Below the pieces are notes generated by a model. That model was not told the origin of the DNA, did no database searches, and was given only the letters and a program-made list of their open reading frames with translations. From positions 558,001 through 622,000 of the forward strand of contig JAYWIR010000018.1 in the NCBI GenBank assembly GCA_036172245.1: a stretch of DNA of 64,000 nt, in the 5' to 3' direction. Shown here in pieces: positions 26,674 to 39,949 of this stretch. Position numbers and translations under genes: made by a program. Within the stretch, counting starts at the first letter, position 1; every line of letters begins with the position of its first letter. The stretch is from Raillietiella orientalis (Eukaryota).

Positions 26674-29045
26674 TTTTGTGATTGACAGGATAAAAAGCAA
26701 ACTGGTATGCTGATTCCCATTGAGGTCCTCGTCCATACATACACTACATTTCCGAGCGGGGCTACCCTAAAAATTGGTGCACAGTTAATACTACACACTG
26801 GCCACTTACACTGCTTTCCAGTTCAAATAATCAGACCACAGTATTAACAACCTGACCCATCTCAAGAGTGCATATTATCGCTCATTCCTCAAGTTCAGAA
26901 CCTTGTTTCATCCACTCACATTTAGCTTTTGCTGTCAAATAATGTGTTAATCAAGAAATATTTCAGTCAATAAAATAAAAATGGTTAACCAATGCTTCTT
27001 GTTAAACAGATAATAAATGTTTTTGAAGTGTCATATGCCAGAGTTCTTTCAGAGATCCGATACCACATTAGCATACAAAGCACAACTACAATACTTTAGT
27101 TTAACACAAACACACACACAAAAACCGCTTTGGCAGCATCAGATGCCATATCTCAATAAGCCTCAGTCAAGAGTTTTTGCCACACCTGTATTAGTATTAG
27201 TAATTCGTCCTTGCGATCTTTGGAAAAAAGGGATCCTGCATGTAAAGGATCAAATCTCTTACTTTTCCACTTACTTGGGTATCGAACTCTTGTGTCCAAA
27301 CGCCCCAGGCTACACAAATACCAACAGAATTCCTTGAGATTTGATCGCAACTTAATAACAATCGGGTATCAATCGTTCTACTACTACTAATTTGCACAGC
27401 ATCAAACGGCTGCAGAATATCTAAAGCGGGTCACACGCAAACCTGGTGTGTACAAGGTACAAACAAGGCTCGTGTTGTTTTCTCCATGGACGCTGAAAAA
27501 TACAAATTAATTGCTTAATTTCCATCTTCAATTCCCAATTCTCCATGGACGCTCATTCTCGAAACACACAAAAGGCACCGAGCTGGCACGTTTCAAATTA
27601 GGGAAGATTTGGCGAAATTAGGAAAGAAACACACATCCAGCAGTTGTCAGCTTGAATGTATAATTACCTTAGCGATCCTTTACCCACCTTTGACCACGCC
27701 CACAATTAAAAGTGTAAGTAAATTGTACAAATCAATGGCAAAAAATATCGGTTCGTGAGCCATAACAGAGTCGCCACACTACGCTTACGCAACTTGGGAT
27801 GCTGGGAACTGGACAATGTGTACCGGTTAAATCCGTCCGCCAAAAGGGGAAAATTAATCCTTCATACATAATGAAGAATATTGTTCCATACCAAATTTTT
27901 GAAAACTGCTCCAAATATAATCCATTTGAAAAGAAAGAAGGTCACTAAATTTGGAGATCTCTCTCGGCTCACAGCAAGCCATATTTTAAAGTTTTCTCTT
28001 GAAGCAAAGTAGGAGAAAATTCTGAAATTAAGTTAGCAGGGACATAATTTTATTTATAGTGGAAAGAATGATGAAGAGCCATTTTGAGAATTAATCTGTA
28101 ATTTCTGGAATAATTTGCAACAATAGGTTGCCATTAAGTTCATGATCTCATTTTCATTTTTAGATATCGAAATGTTTGGATACATGGCAAGTACAAAGGT
28201 TCTTTATACAGATCATCTAGCATGTTGGCAGCGAAGTTCAATCATCAAAGATTCTAGTATTCTATATGGACCGCTGACATATGGAACTACTGATTTCTAG
28301 GATCTCTTAAATAGTTTGAAGAAAACGCTTGCATGACGACTTCTGTAATCGCTATCTCGGTCTAAAGACCGCAAAATTATTCACTACATGGCATTTTATG
28401 GGCAAGAATTCCTCATATTACGGTATTGCTTTTATTTACTAACTTGTTGTTGCACATCACTTTGAAGGTAAGTCCGAGAGGCTGCCAGCATTTGGAGTCT
28501 AGATTTAGCTGTAGCCGATCAAATCATAAGCGACTCGTAGCACTAAAGGAAACCCTTGAGCTTCTCACTGCTCCTTTTAGTCTGACAAAATCTAGCTTAT
28601 GAATCTGTATCATCGACTGAATGGAAGCAAATTTCAGGGATGAGGAATCAATCCCTGACATCCTCGACGAAAAAACAACAAAGATATGGGATAAAGATTG
28701 AGGACATCCAGAAATTGGCTCATCTTTCTCCCTAGTCTTTACTTGTGATCCCCCAATAACTGCAAATCAATTCTGAGTAACAAACCTTAAGACTAGTTTT
28801 ATTTCTAACACTCTAATACTCTATTTTCTATTATTATGCAAAAACAAAATTCCCCTTATGTTAGGCAGCGTAAACAGCGATTTGCTTGTTTCAGGGTAGT
28901 TAGAGCTTCGAGGATTTACAAGACCAGATGCTGGAACATCCAACTTAGTGCTCCATGGTGACCACAGCACACTACAGTGTTTTGTTTGGAGCACCTGCTG
29001 TTAACAGCACCTCACAGAACCAATGGTTGCGATGCTGCCAATAAC

Positions 29046-29143
29046 GGGGAAACGAAATTTCACGAGGGGCGAACCTTCCTTTCGCACTGCGTTGACCGGC
29101 CAGCACGCCGCTGTACGCCGGGCGTGAGGTGGGAGCTGCTGGG
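29046..29143 (+). repeat. ~100-bp dispersed direct repeat, copy 1
   Basis: Matches 31644-31742 with a few differences. Confidence 0.9.
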
Positions 29144-31643
29144 ACTCTAAGACGGCTCCTGAATGTAACAGTAATTCTAAGATGACGTGCATGTGCACTG
29201 AGATTCCGCGCTTTCCAGCTCAGCGGCTTTCCAGGGGGAAAATCGCTCAGCCATGGATGAGCGGTGTCATCCTCTTCCTTATCAGACTATCTCCGATCTG
29301 TGTTCCACAAGCAACCACGTCCTGATCGACTTTTGCCAATAAACCCAGTGAGCATCCCCGAGATAGATCCGGTTGGACTTCTAGTAAGTACGCCATCTAG
29401 TCGGTGATCAGTTTTCTATGCAAGAGCTGAATGGTAGCCTGACTCGGAGGAGAGTGGAGCGACCTGTTTCTTTACGGAAGGAACCCACTTCGGAAGGTCA
29501 CGGTGAGCAAACGATATGACAACGGATCGTGTCAAGCTCAGGAAAGGCTGCATCCTGAGCTTCCGCTTGGGAGTCTATAAATGAGAGACTTGGGTTCTTG
29601 GCAAGGGCCGGGGCGATGGACCTCTACCTCTACCAAACCCCTCCTGGTGAAACATTGAGAGGTAATGTGATGCTCCAGGGCAGCACCCAACTACTATTGG
29701 GAGGATCAGACTCAGCTACATTATAGTACACAGAGGATAGGACATTCCACTCCTCCTTAAGAACAGGAAAGATCTCCGCAAGTCATGGATGTGTATCATC
29801 GCTAGGAGCAGTCTTTGAGAAGTCTTCAGACGACTACGGATCTCTCTCCGTGAATCGCAACTCGACGTTTACTCGGAGCGTCACCCCTGAGTGACCTTCG
29901 AGTGCGAGAGTAGCTGCATCTTCTGATTCGATATTTCTGGACGACAAGAGAGCTTTGGAAAGGCTGACTACGCCTCGGTCACAATGGCTGCTTTCCGTCC
30001 GCCTCCAGGCATCATCTTTTTTGCTCTCATTTGAAAAAATTAGGCCGCAGCTGCTCTCCTGAGGTCTATCGCTGCCTCCATGCTCCGTGCTTCCTTCACA
30101 AGCTTGTGACCTCTCCCTAACCTTCGCCTAAACGGACCAGACAAAGGGAGGGCTTGCAGAAGGGAACCAACCCACCCCAACTGCCCGCCCACCCACCGCC
30201 TGCACCCGGCACCTCCTCAAAAGCAAATTCCGTTCATCCGCAAAGTTCTGTGCTCCGGAAGAGGAAACCTCCTCCTGCTTTCGAATGTTCCTGGATTCCG
30301 GGTGACTTTCGCTTGTACCCACGCCGGCTCCAAGCAGCATGGGAGAGCGGAACCGCCGCTCTCTTCAGGCAACACGCCGATCCCTGCTTGATTGGTTCGT
30401 CGTCAGATGTCGTGAGCTGGTGGTCGAGGTCGAGACCAGAGGGGCCTGTCATCCTGGACTCGGATGGAGGGAGAGAGCTTGTCCTTTCTCTGGGAGCGCC
30501 ACCACGCGAACCTCCTCTCGCCACCTTCACGTTCTCTCTCAGGTCCTCAGGAGCTCCCGGATACTCGGACATGGAGTAGCCTGAACGGGCTCTCTGGGGA
30601 GTTTCTCGGAAAGTTCGCAGTGGTGCCTCTTTCACTCTTGCAGTTGCTCTTGCTTCGCATGGTTTCCTCGAAGAAAAGAGAGGGACGCTGACATCTGACA
30701 ATCCGTCCGTTTTCTCGCCAGCGACCAGTTCACGATGGGGAGCGCTGGAGGCGCTGCACTGAGGGAGGAGGTGAAAAAGCATATGGAGGTCCTCTGGACC
30801 GCTGACCCCAGGCTCCTGGATACGGAAGCAGGGCAGTCGAAAGGAGAGGGATGAGTGAAAAACAAAGGGAGACATGGAGGGTCTGAAGCGGATGCGACAG
30901 GACAGGAACCTCTGCCAGAGGGAATTCGTCCGAGAAGACGCGCGAGACGGGAAGTCCGGAACCGCCGACGTTTCCCTTGGCAACCCGTCCTTCACTCCTC
31001 TCCTCCCCCCCACCTCCCCCAAACTCCCCATTCGGCCTCTCATGTTCTTTGGCCTCGGGCTCCCACATCCCCCACGCTCTGGCGGGCGATGGCGTCACCG
31101 CTTCCGCGCGGGACCTGCTGGAGTAGGAAATCCTGCAGAGGAAAGGCAGGGTTTCCAATGAGTCCAAATGCGAAGGTAGGGGTAGAAGGAGGAAAGCCAG
31201 GGGGCTCTTGGATCCTACGTCGGTACGTTCGTCCGCCAGCACCCCGAGATCCACGCTAGGTTCTTGGAGATCCACGCGCGGGCAACGGGAACGGCCTTCA
31301 GGGAATCTCCCTGGAGGACACCACCGGGGCAGACGATGGAGTCATCAAAGAGGAAGAATGCTTCGTGCGGGACCCGAGGGAATGCTCCTTCTTCCACTAT
31401 GACGTCACGAAGGGGTTCCGCCTCCTGGCTGCCTGAGATCCCACTCCTTGAAGTGGAATTCCTGACCTCCTGCTCCAGTGAAGTGCCTGCTAACCGCCCC
31501 AGCTTCCCCTCCTTTTTCTTCTTGAGAGGATCTCAAAGTGTCTCTGCAGCGCTTCCGTGACCTCCGTTCCAGGCAAACTGGAATTTACTCCTACCTCCAG
31601 TTTGTCTGCAGTTGCAGTCCTGTAGGCGGTGAAAGGCGCCTTT

Positions 31644-31742
31644 GGGGAAACAAAATTTCACGAGTGGCGAACCTTCCTTTGGCACTGCGTTGACCGGCCA
31701 GCACGCCGTTGTACGCCGGGCAGTGAGGTGGGGGCTGCTGGG
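31644..31742 (+). repeat. ~100-bp dispersed direct repeat, copy 2
   Basis: Matches 29046-29143. Confidence 0.9.
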
Positions 31743-31779
31743 CCCTTTGGGTCGGCGATCTCGCCGACCCAAAGGGCAT

Positions 31780-33000
31780 CAGTTTTATCACCCAGTCATG
31801 CCAGGATGTTTATTATGAAAAATAAGTACACATGTGTAGGGTCATCGGCACTACATCATCCTTAAATGCTCGGAACCTGCCGAGTAACTTGCACACAGGC
31901 TAGCGAGGTTCGCCTCGGCTACGGAGGAGGAGGAAGGAAGAGGAAAACAAAAATAAAAATAAAAATCCATAATAAAAAAACTCTGAGGGACACAAGAAGG
32001 GATCACTGTCTGGTGGAGGGCGTCCTCCTCATCCTTTCCAGGATGCCGGCAAGTTCCATCCGTGTATGCCTCAGGTGAGGACCATCTTGCTGCCGTCCGC
32101 AGGAAGCGCAGGGCGAAGCAGATGAAGTCCCTATCATGCCATGCTCCTCTAGTATAGCTCCAGGCTGACACAATCCCAGATAGGCAGCAGCAAAGAGCTG
32201 CTGGGGATGCGGCAATAGAAGGGGCATCGCAAACGAAGAGGCGCTTCATCAGGTCCCTGGGATTGTCCGTCGGTGCACCAAGGGTCGTTGCGTAACGCAT
32301 CCACAAAGGCCGGAGGGCAACACAGTCTACAAGAAGGTGCGGGAGGGTTTCCCGTTCCTCGCACCTGCGACAGTTGGGGTCCATAGCCTCCCGGGTCTAG
32401 TGAGACCGGCGTGCGTTCCACGGGATACCCCAGTGCAACAGCAGAAGTGCCGACTACTGCCACTTCAGGGTGAGAACCCAGTTGTTGTTTAGGGTCGGGG
32501 GCCACTCGAGGTCTTCCTGTGGGATTCCCAGCAGCTCACTCCATCGAATAGTCCTTTCGGTGGGGGACTTGGGGTCGCAGCTGCCGTGATCTGGTCCGTG
32601 GTTCTAGTTCTTTCGTCTTCTGACTGATTTCGCAACTGACGTCCCATTTGGACAGCTGGTTATTGCCCGGGTGCTTCCTGAAGGAGGACAGTGCTGCAGC
32701 TGAGAAGGTTCTTTGCGCCTGCGCACACGTGGTGAGCTGCACGACGATGCCTTGCAGCGAGTGGTTGTTGTAGGAGGAAGTGCAGTAGTCGCTTCTGCTT
32801 CTCTGGGCTTGCTTTGTTGTTCTTGGTCCATGTGTTAACGATTTCCTGCAACCAGGCACTACCGTTCGCAAACCGGCAGAAGATCTATTCTCTCTTTTGA
32901 AGGGTATCGGAAGACTCTGGAGGCGTACTCCGGTCGGGGGAGTCTTGGTCAGCCAGCCAGGGAGGGTATTGAGGGGCTGTCCGTAGAGTGATAGGAGGGA
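31780..33000 (-). mobile_element. 3' fragment of the same LINE family (CCHC zinc finger, T-rich 3' UTR, AATAAA)
   Basis: DPNCRRCEERETLPHLLVDCVALRPLW; ELAGILERM C-terminus; 3' UTR alignable to 39560-39840 and 43930-44200. Confidence 0.8.
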
Positions 33001-33699
33001 GCCGGAGGCCATGGACGAAGAGACTCCAGGAATACACCAGCTATTTAATATTTCTGGTGGATGGACTCAGGGGGAGTAGGATCCCAAGAAATCCCGGAGT
33101 CATCCGCGCGGTCGGACATTCGTAGGGGAGGCGAGGGTCTGTCTGTTATCTCGAGGTAGATAGCAGAGAAGGATGCTGAGTTTAAGACGGAAAAGGGGAA
33201 GAGGCGTGGTGCTCGTGGCGTCTACGAGGCTGAAAGTCGAGGTGGCTTCTGTCCTCTGGCAGTCGATTGTGGCTCAGCGGATGAGGGAAGAGTCGGAACG
33301 CCTTTTGATCAGGAAAGAGAGAGAGAGGAGGAGGAAATGAGAGAGGCGACAAGAGGCCTTCGCTGCGATAAGGAGAAAGGAAGCCCATGAAGGTCACATC
33401 CTGGAGTCCAGGTCAAGGTGTGCTAAATGATGGAGACAGGGAAAGTCTGAAGATGATGAAGGCGGGAGAAGCCTGAAGCTCCTTTTGCATTGAGGGGCAC
33501 TACAGAGTAGGGTTGGTGGACGGATCGGACCGGCAGGACGTAATGAGGGGAGAGGGGAGGAGGTATAGCAGTAGATCGGTTCTGGGAGGGATAGGATTCA
33601 ACATGGAGTGGACCGGAAGCTGGAGTTGCCTGACTGCCTCGCCAAGATCTCCAGCAAGTCGCGGCGAGACGGTCCTGGAAGCTGTTGAGCCTCTCGGAC

Positions 33700-35250
33700 A
33701 GCCCTGAGGGAAGAGAGCAGCCGTTGGAGACCTCAAAAGACCCCTGAGAGATCCCCAGGAAATTTCAATCTTCAGAGAACTCTAGAGGGCGTAGGAGGAG
33801 CGTGAGCTGGGCGGCATCTCCTTAGGAAGGAAGGCTGTCCGAATCCTGAAGTTCCTTGCATCACCTTTTTCCATCCCCTCCCTACCGTGGGTCTGCTTCC
33901 CATTTTGGTCTCACGCTGTCGACCTAGATGCTGAAGGACCTTCCTAGAGCCGGGACGGGGTCCAGGAAGAGCAGAGACGGCCGTCTTCCGTCTCCAAGCT
34001 CTCCGGATCGACGTCCACTTCATTCCTTGAGGCGGCCGTTCCCATGCCGGACGAACCAGTCTGGTCAAGAGACTTCAGAAGGGACGTGAAGAGGGAACGC
34101 GGCGACTGTGCGACTGTGCGCTGTGGACTAGTGACTAAGCCTCGACGCACTCCATACGAAAGCGTCGCCACGCACACCGACTCCCCACTGGGTCCTCGTA
34201 TCCTTCTGCATCTATCAGGATCGGCAGAATGAGTAATGTCCCTAGAAACTGCTCAGGGGAGCTCGTGGCAATGCACACGGCTCACGCCGAGCGCGCGTCA
34301 TCCATCCGCCTCCCAAACTGCTAGGCGCGACCGCTTGGAGCTGCTCTCCGGCCGCTACCTGGACCTCATTGACAGAAGGGGTCAAGGTTACCAGAAATGG
34401 GACGCGTCTCGGATGGAGGAGGGCATGGGTCCAGGAGTCGTCATGGACCCACACCGTTATTCACCTACCGACTCTTGGGGACTCTGCGGCGATGTGGACG
34501 TATCCTCTGCACCCGTCGTCGTCCACGTGGGAGGATAGTACCCCCTTACGGGATGGCTGTGGACTCTGCGGGAAACACCCTCTTCGATAGCTCAGCTTCG
34601 ATAGCTTATGGTTGCACTCTGCTTGAAAATTTCACCAAAGGGGAGTTCTGGGAGGAGGGACAGCACCTCTTTGGATCTCCACGAGTGCCTTCGAGGATCC
34701 CGGGAAGTAGTTGGGAGGTCCAACTCCGTGCACGCGCCCCTACTGGCACTATCTGACTAGGGTGGCGTTCAGGAAGCGCATCCATCTCGTTCGAAGGGGC
34801 GCAAATCATCAGTCCCAAGAATGCCGCTCCAGATGATCGCTAGTGATGCTGTAAGAGCGTGCCCCTCCTTAGGCGCGTTGGAAAGAAAGTCACAGAGGAA
34901 GAAGGTCTACGTGCCGAAAAGGTGGAACCGGCGGGCCACTTTCTCTCGCTCCTGGAAAGCACACTGGAGAAGAAGGGAAGATGAACCAGTGTCCCCTTTT
35001 CAAGAGCTTTGGAAGTAGCAGCCCATAGAGGGTGCTGCTGCCACCCACTCGAGCACTTCCCTCCCATCTCAGCGAGGAAGGCGATCGTGAGTGAACGCCC
35101 GCATGAGAGGCTTTCGGAATGATCCACTTGCGCTGCCTTCGCTCGAACTCACGGACTTGGGAAGGGGTCGGAGGGGATCGCGCATGGCCGCAGCGAAATA
35201 GGAGATGCAAACAGGAATCCTCGAGGACGTGGGAGAGGCGAAACTCTAGG
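33700..35250 (-). mobile_element. Possible LINE ORF1-like relic
   Basis: Stop-riddled GC-rich sequence between LINE fragments; weak DLP..EVLSLLPELPFGEI and RCRR motifs. Confidence 0.25.
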
Positions 35251-37079
35251 CAAGATGGTGCATATTCCGAGGCAGGATCTTTTGCAATCCTCACAAAGGA
35301 GGATTCACTCCAAAGTTCCATTCACTCCAGTTATTTGCCTCCTTTCCTCTTTCAGGTAAGCCCTGTGCTTGTTCCGATCTTCTCTTCCTCTTAATTGTGC
35401 CGTCAATTGATAGCTTGCTTATTAATAATAAAGGTAGTGTGGCAATCCTGCAACCATGTTGACCAACTTTATCTGTGATTCGCTCCAGCACGGCAAAGAG
35501 CGGCGACGAGCGCGCGTTTCGACGGCCGGGAGACGCTCCCATCCGCATTTTGGGAACGTCATTACATGTCTGAGAAATTCCCACCGAATTGCAACGTCTG
35601 CATTCACGGTAAGAAGGGCTGTTGCCACCCATTGCTAAGGGCCAAAGTCGGCAAAACTGTGGCATTTCCATCTCGGTATTCAAAAATTAAAGCAGCTTTC
35701 TCATTCTTTTAGATAGTACCTTAGCCCTGGTATAGTATAAGTACATTTAATTGAATCGTATCAGTAGAGCACTTTTGCTGCATAACATGAATGACTTTCT
35801 AGTAGGATTCAATCACATATTTATGTAATTTTATATACACAAATTAAATAAAGCAGGCCTTTCGATAACGCAGGGGCTACGTTCCGCGTTGTACAAATCA
35901 GCGTTGTACCAGGTTTGTGGGCAACATGAGGATAATAGGATTTATCAAAGATTTAAAATACACCTTAAACGTTTTAACAGTAGAACACACATTATGTGAT
36001 TCTGCAACAAAAAGAGGAAGATAGAAGCTTTTAACTCAAAAAGAAAAAGAAAAGACTTTTAGAGTCTTGTAGACATGTAACCCATTTAAAGAATCCCATA
36101 GGTTCGGCTCTGGTCATTCTCGTTCGACAATTCAACCTACTTAGATCATGGGTTTTTGTGTTTTCGAAAAACCGGTTAACCGACACAAAATAAAAATTTA
36201 TCCATAGCTTCGTACAGGACTGATTTTCCGCCTTGTACGAGAGCTTTTCATTTTGTCGCCGCATTGTACGAATCCAACTTATACGGGGGCCTTCTCTACC
36301 ATAAAGAAAAAAGAAAAAAAGAACATCTCCATCATCGTTTAATCCACAATTCACGTTACTAGAAATTTAGACTGAAATCAGCTACTGCTTTTTAAAAATA
36401 AGTTCAGCTGAACAGAGCCTAACAAAAACATTTCTTGGAAAGAAAACGCTCACCTTTACAGCAATAGAGTATGCTAATTGCATTCTTTCTTTTAGGTTGA
36501 GAATAGCCTTCCCTATAATACTGCAGTCTTTTCTCCTCCATGGTCCCGTGTTACTCGTCCAACGGCGAGCATTCTTCCATTTGTTGCTTTTAGCAATAAT
36601 AACCAAGTACGGTGTCAGGTCACCAATTCTTCAAGTGATGGACTTCCCTCCATAACAAATCGTTCCTGGACCCCTCGTGCAAACTGCATTCACCTTCCTC
36701 CTTGCTTCCTCTCTTCCATCTACCTCTCTCTGGTTTCTCAGAGCATCTACTACTAACCTTCTGGCGATTTCGTTCAGGAAACATTGCTAAGAGACATCCA
36801 AAGTAGCCAACCCTCCTGATGTACCCCACCTCTTCGATTCTCTCTGAAAGCGACGCAATGTCGGTAGGGTACCGGAATTATCTACGGAAAAGTGCTGAGG
36901 TCCCGATCATCGAAGATCGAGGGAAGTCACCCAGACTCCTCTTCGCTCGTGAGGCGCTCGAAGAGGGAATCGCTCCTTAAAGATTCCCAGCAGGAACGCG
37001 GGGTGTAGCCTCTTTGGATGACCTCTGTGTAGTTGCCTTCGCCTATTTGGACGACCTCTGTGCAGTCGCCTGCGGCGAG

Positions 37080-38130
37080 TCTGTACTGACACTCACTGCT
37101 CGAAACTTCGACGGACTACGCGGTGATGCAAAGAGGTGTGCTCAAATTCTGAGTCGCCTCGAGTTCGCTCTCCTCCAGGAAGCGCATAGGACTTCCGCGG
37201 AGGAGGCGGTCGAATTGGAGATGCGCGTACAGGGTGCGCTGCGCCGGCGGTGTGGTTCTTCGCGCACGCGGGTCAGGGTCACGGCTTTCGTGCACGCGTC
37301 TCTCACCGGCTTCATTCGCTGCGCCCGTTTCGATGGCGCCGGCAGAGTGGTCCCGACTTGTGCTCAAGTGGCCCAATGCGATCGATCTCGTCGTGATCAA
37401 AGTCTGCGCGCCATGTGGCCACAACACGGGCACACACGGTGACGAGACAATGGCTAAACGACGCATCCCAACGCGGCACATGTGATGGCAGAGGACTTCA
37501 ACCTCCGTGCGTGCTATCCAAACGAAGCGCGAAGGAAAGGATGCCGCGGGCGGACAGACAAGTTGTGCGCGTCAGTGCACGTGACCAGCCTGCTCACCGC
37601 CGAGCTCCTGGGATGTGGGTGGGCCAAATTTTGTTCGACGGCCGCCTGTGTTCGTAGGTGGGTCGAAGAGACAGGGTGAGGTCGACCCAGTAAGGACGTT
37701 CCAAGATGAAGCAGGAGCTTCGTCCGCCTGGGAAGGAGTCTCCGATGGGCTCCCACTCCAGGCCGAGGCCTGGGGACCCCTGAGGAATTGGCAGGATTGG
37801 CTCGGCCATTCAGAAGCCGCGAAGCAGCTCCGTGCCTTCCTCAGTGGCTTTGCTGTCACCAAGCTGAAGGACTGGGACCACTTGACGCACTCGTTCTGGG
37901 CAGTTTTGCGTCCATATTCGCCGTTCCTCCTATCCCAAGGTTTCCAGAAGGTGTCGAGAACGGTAAATTCTTGTTTACATCCATTGAAGCCGGGATCTTC
38001 ATTAAAGGAAACATTGAATGTACAAGAGTTTTGGGACTCTCATTCTACCAAGTTCCGTCATCCAGAGGCAGACACCGAAAGTCCGGCTAGTTGGCTGGCG
38101 AGATCGTCATCGGAATACCCGGGAAGGGAA
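37080..38130 (+). mobile_element. LINE ORF2 5' fragment: APE-type endonuclease relic
   Basis: TARNFDGL..KR (cf. WNVxGL), ALLQEAH (cf. LQETH), VIKVCAP (cf. NVYAP), MAEDFN (cf. GDFN), RTD (cf. RID), in order across frameshifts. Confidence 0.68.
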
Positions 38131-38159
38131 CCCCCCAAAAAAACCCCAAAAGAAGAAGA

Positions 38160-38640
38160 AAATAAATAAGCAATGAAACTTGTCCTGGGGGTTCGGGAAG
38201 AGCGATCACAGTCTGTTCCGCGGCATCCTTTGCATCCTCTGAAGGATGCCAGCAAGTTCCTCTTCGCTCCCGTAGGTCATGAAGTGCATGGCATCCCTGT
38301 CGTTCCTTCTTCTTTCGGCGGCGCTTTGGCCGCGACTATCCCGCGGAGACAGCACAGACGGCTGCGATCGACCCGTCGGGAGGCACTGCATTCCGCACAA
38401 AGAGGCGGGAAGCGATGCCTGGTCAGAGAACTGTTTCTGGGGCTCCGGAACACTTGGTCTCCCGCAAGTTCTTCTCCCCTACCTGCACTCGCTCTGAAGC
38501 GACGCTCTTGTGGACGTTGCTTCCAGCGGTCTGCTGCACGTATCTTCACCCGGTCACTCCGGGGCGTCCAGCCTAAAAGAGAGATACACGATGAATTCTC
38601 TCTGGGAAGGCCCTTCCTTTATAGCGGGATGGCGGTCTCA
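38160..38640 (-). mobile_element. Inverted LINE 3'-end fragment
   Basis: EELAGILQRM C-terminus and GCATCCT-N4-AGGATGC motif shared with the other 3' ends; the A-rich run at 38140-38170 is the T-rich UTR on the minus strand. Confidence 0.65.
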
Positions 38641-38699
38641 CTACGTCGATGATTGTCTTGAAGGCGTGCCTCTCGCGAGTGGCTTGCCGAGAGAGGAAC

Positions 38700-39840
38700 A
38701 CAGAGGAAGAGAAAACAGGTGGGAGCAGACGAACACAACAAAGCATCTGGGCTCTTGGCTGCAGGGAGTCCGTTTTCGGATGAGGTAAAATCAACGCCAC
38801 GAGTGGGGCAGAGTGCATCTGCCTACGAAATAGCAGATACTCTCGCCAGCTGCTGAAGGAGATCCTGGGTGACTCAGTAATCTGCTTTGGGAGTCTTTCA
38901 CTCCCCTGGCCCCAGTGCTACCATCCCTACGGGAAGCAAGGGACTGATAGTACACGTCACCTTCCGGAAAGGTGGCGTGCACTATCGAAAATAGAAGAAA
39001 ACATCTAAATGCGTGGACAACTCGGGAGCTAACAGATGCTGCCACCCCGAGTGTCCCTCTAAAAGGACTGCTACGGTGGAGAGAGCTACTAGAAATTCCT
39101 CCGGAGGAGAGGTACAGTGGTCCCTAGCGTGCTGAGTCAGTGCAACCTTTTCCCTAAAGTAGAGGGAGTCGGTGATCCTTCTGTTGCATTGGGACTTCCC
39201 GTGCAAACGCCTGCCGACACCATTGGACCCGGGGGAGTGTGATCCCCAACTGCAGCAGGTGTGGCGAAAGAGAGTCCCTCCTCACCTGCTCGTGGATTGT
39301 GTGGCCCTCCGCTCCATGTGGGGACGCTTTGCCGTGTCCCTGCGGAAATCCGAGGGCAACCCTAGGAACCTCCTGAAGCGCCTCTTCCAGCACGATGTCC
39401 TCGCGCCGGACGCATCCCTAGCAGTACTCCGCTGCCTAGGCGGGACCGTGGCGACGCAAGAGAAGGCCAGGACGACAGGGACGGCATCTATTTTGCTATC
39501 CTCTTCATGAGGATAGCGTCAAGATGGCCCTATCTGGGAACCTTAAAACAGGAAATTGCCGGCATCCTGCAAAGGATGCAGAGGACGCCCTCCAGCACCT
39601 GGTGATCCCTTCCCGAACCCTCCCAATTTTTTTTTGTACATTTGTACAAAAAAAATTTTGTTTTCTTTTTCTTTTTTTTGTTTGCCCCCCTCCCCCTCAG
39701 CTGTCGAGGCGAACCTCGCCGGTCTGCGTGCCGGCACATGGCAGGTTCCTTTTAGTATATTTATAACGTGGCAGGACCAAGCGTCCTGACACTGACCTGT
39801 ATGTTTATTTTTTATATAAATAAACGCTCCGGTGCAACCA
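38700..39840 (+). mobile_element. LINE 3' fragment (plus strand), tail-to-tail with the 39950-42960 copy
   Basis: PHLLVDCVALRSMW...PRNLLKRLF; GILQRM; T-rich UTR; AATAAA at ~39818. Confidence 0.78.
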
Positions 39841-39949
39841 GATGTCAAAACAAAGCATCTGTAAATGTCAAACGAAAAAAGGGGCTTCTGAAGAGAGTGG
39901 GGGGAAAGGGAAGCAGGCGTCCTGGGCCAGGAAGCCGTCAAGGCTCGAG

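Noticed and set aside
37014..37075. AYLDDL resembling an RT catalytic YxDD motif (DIRS-like)
   Set aside because: It lies in a short tandem duplication immediately upstream of APE endonuclease motifs, with no other RT motifs around it; probably fortuitous.
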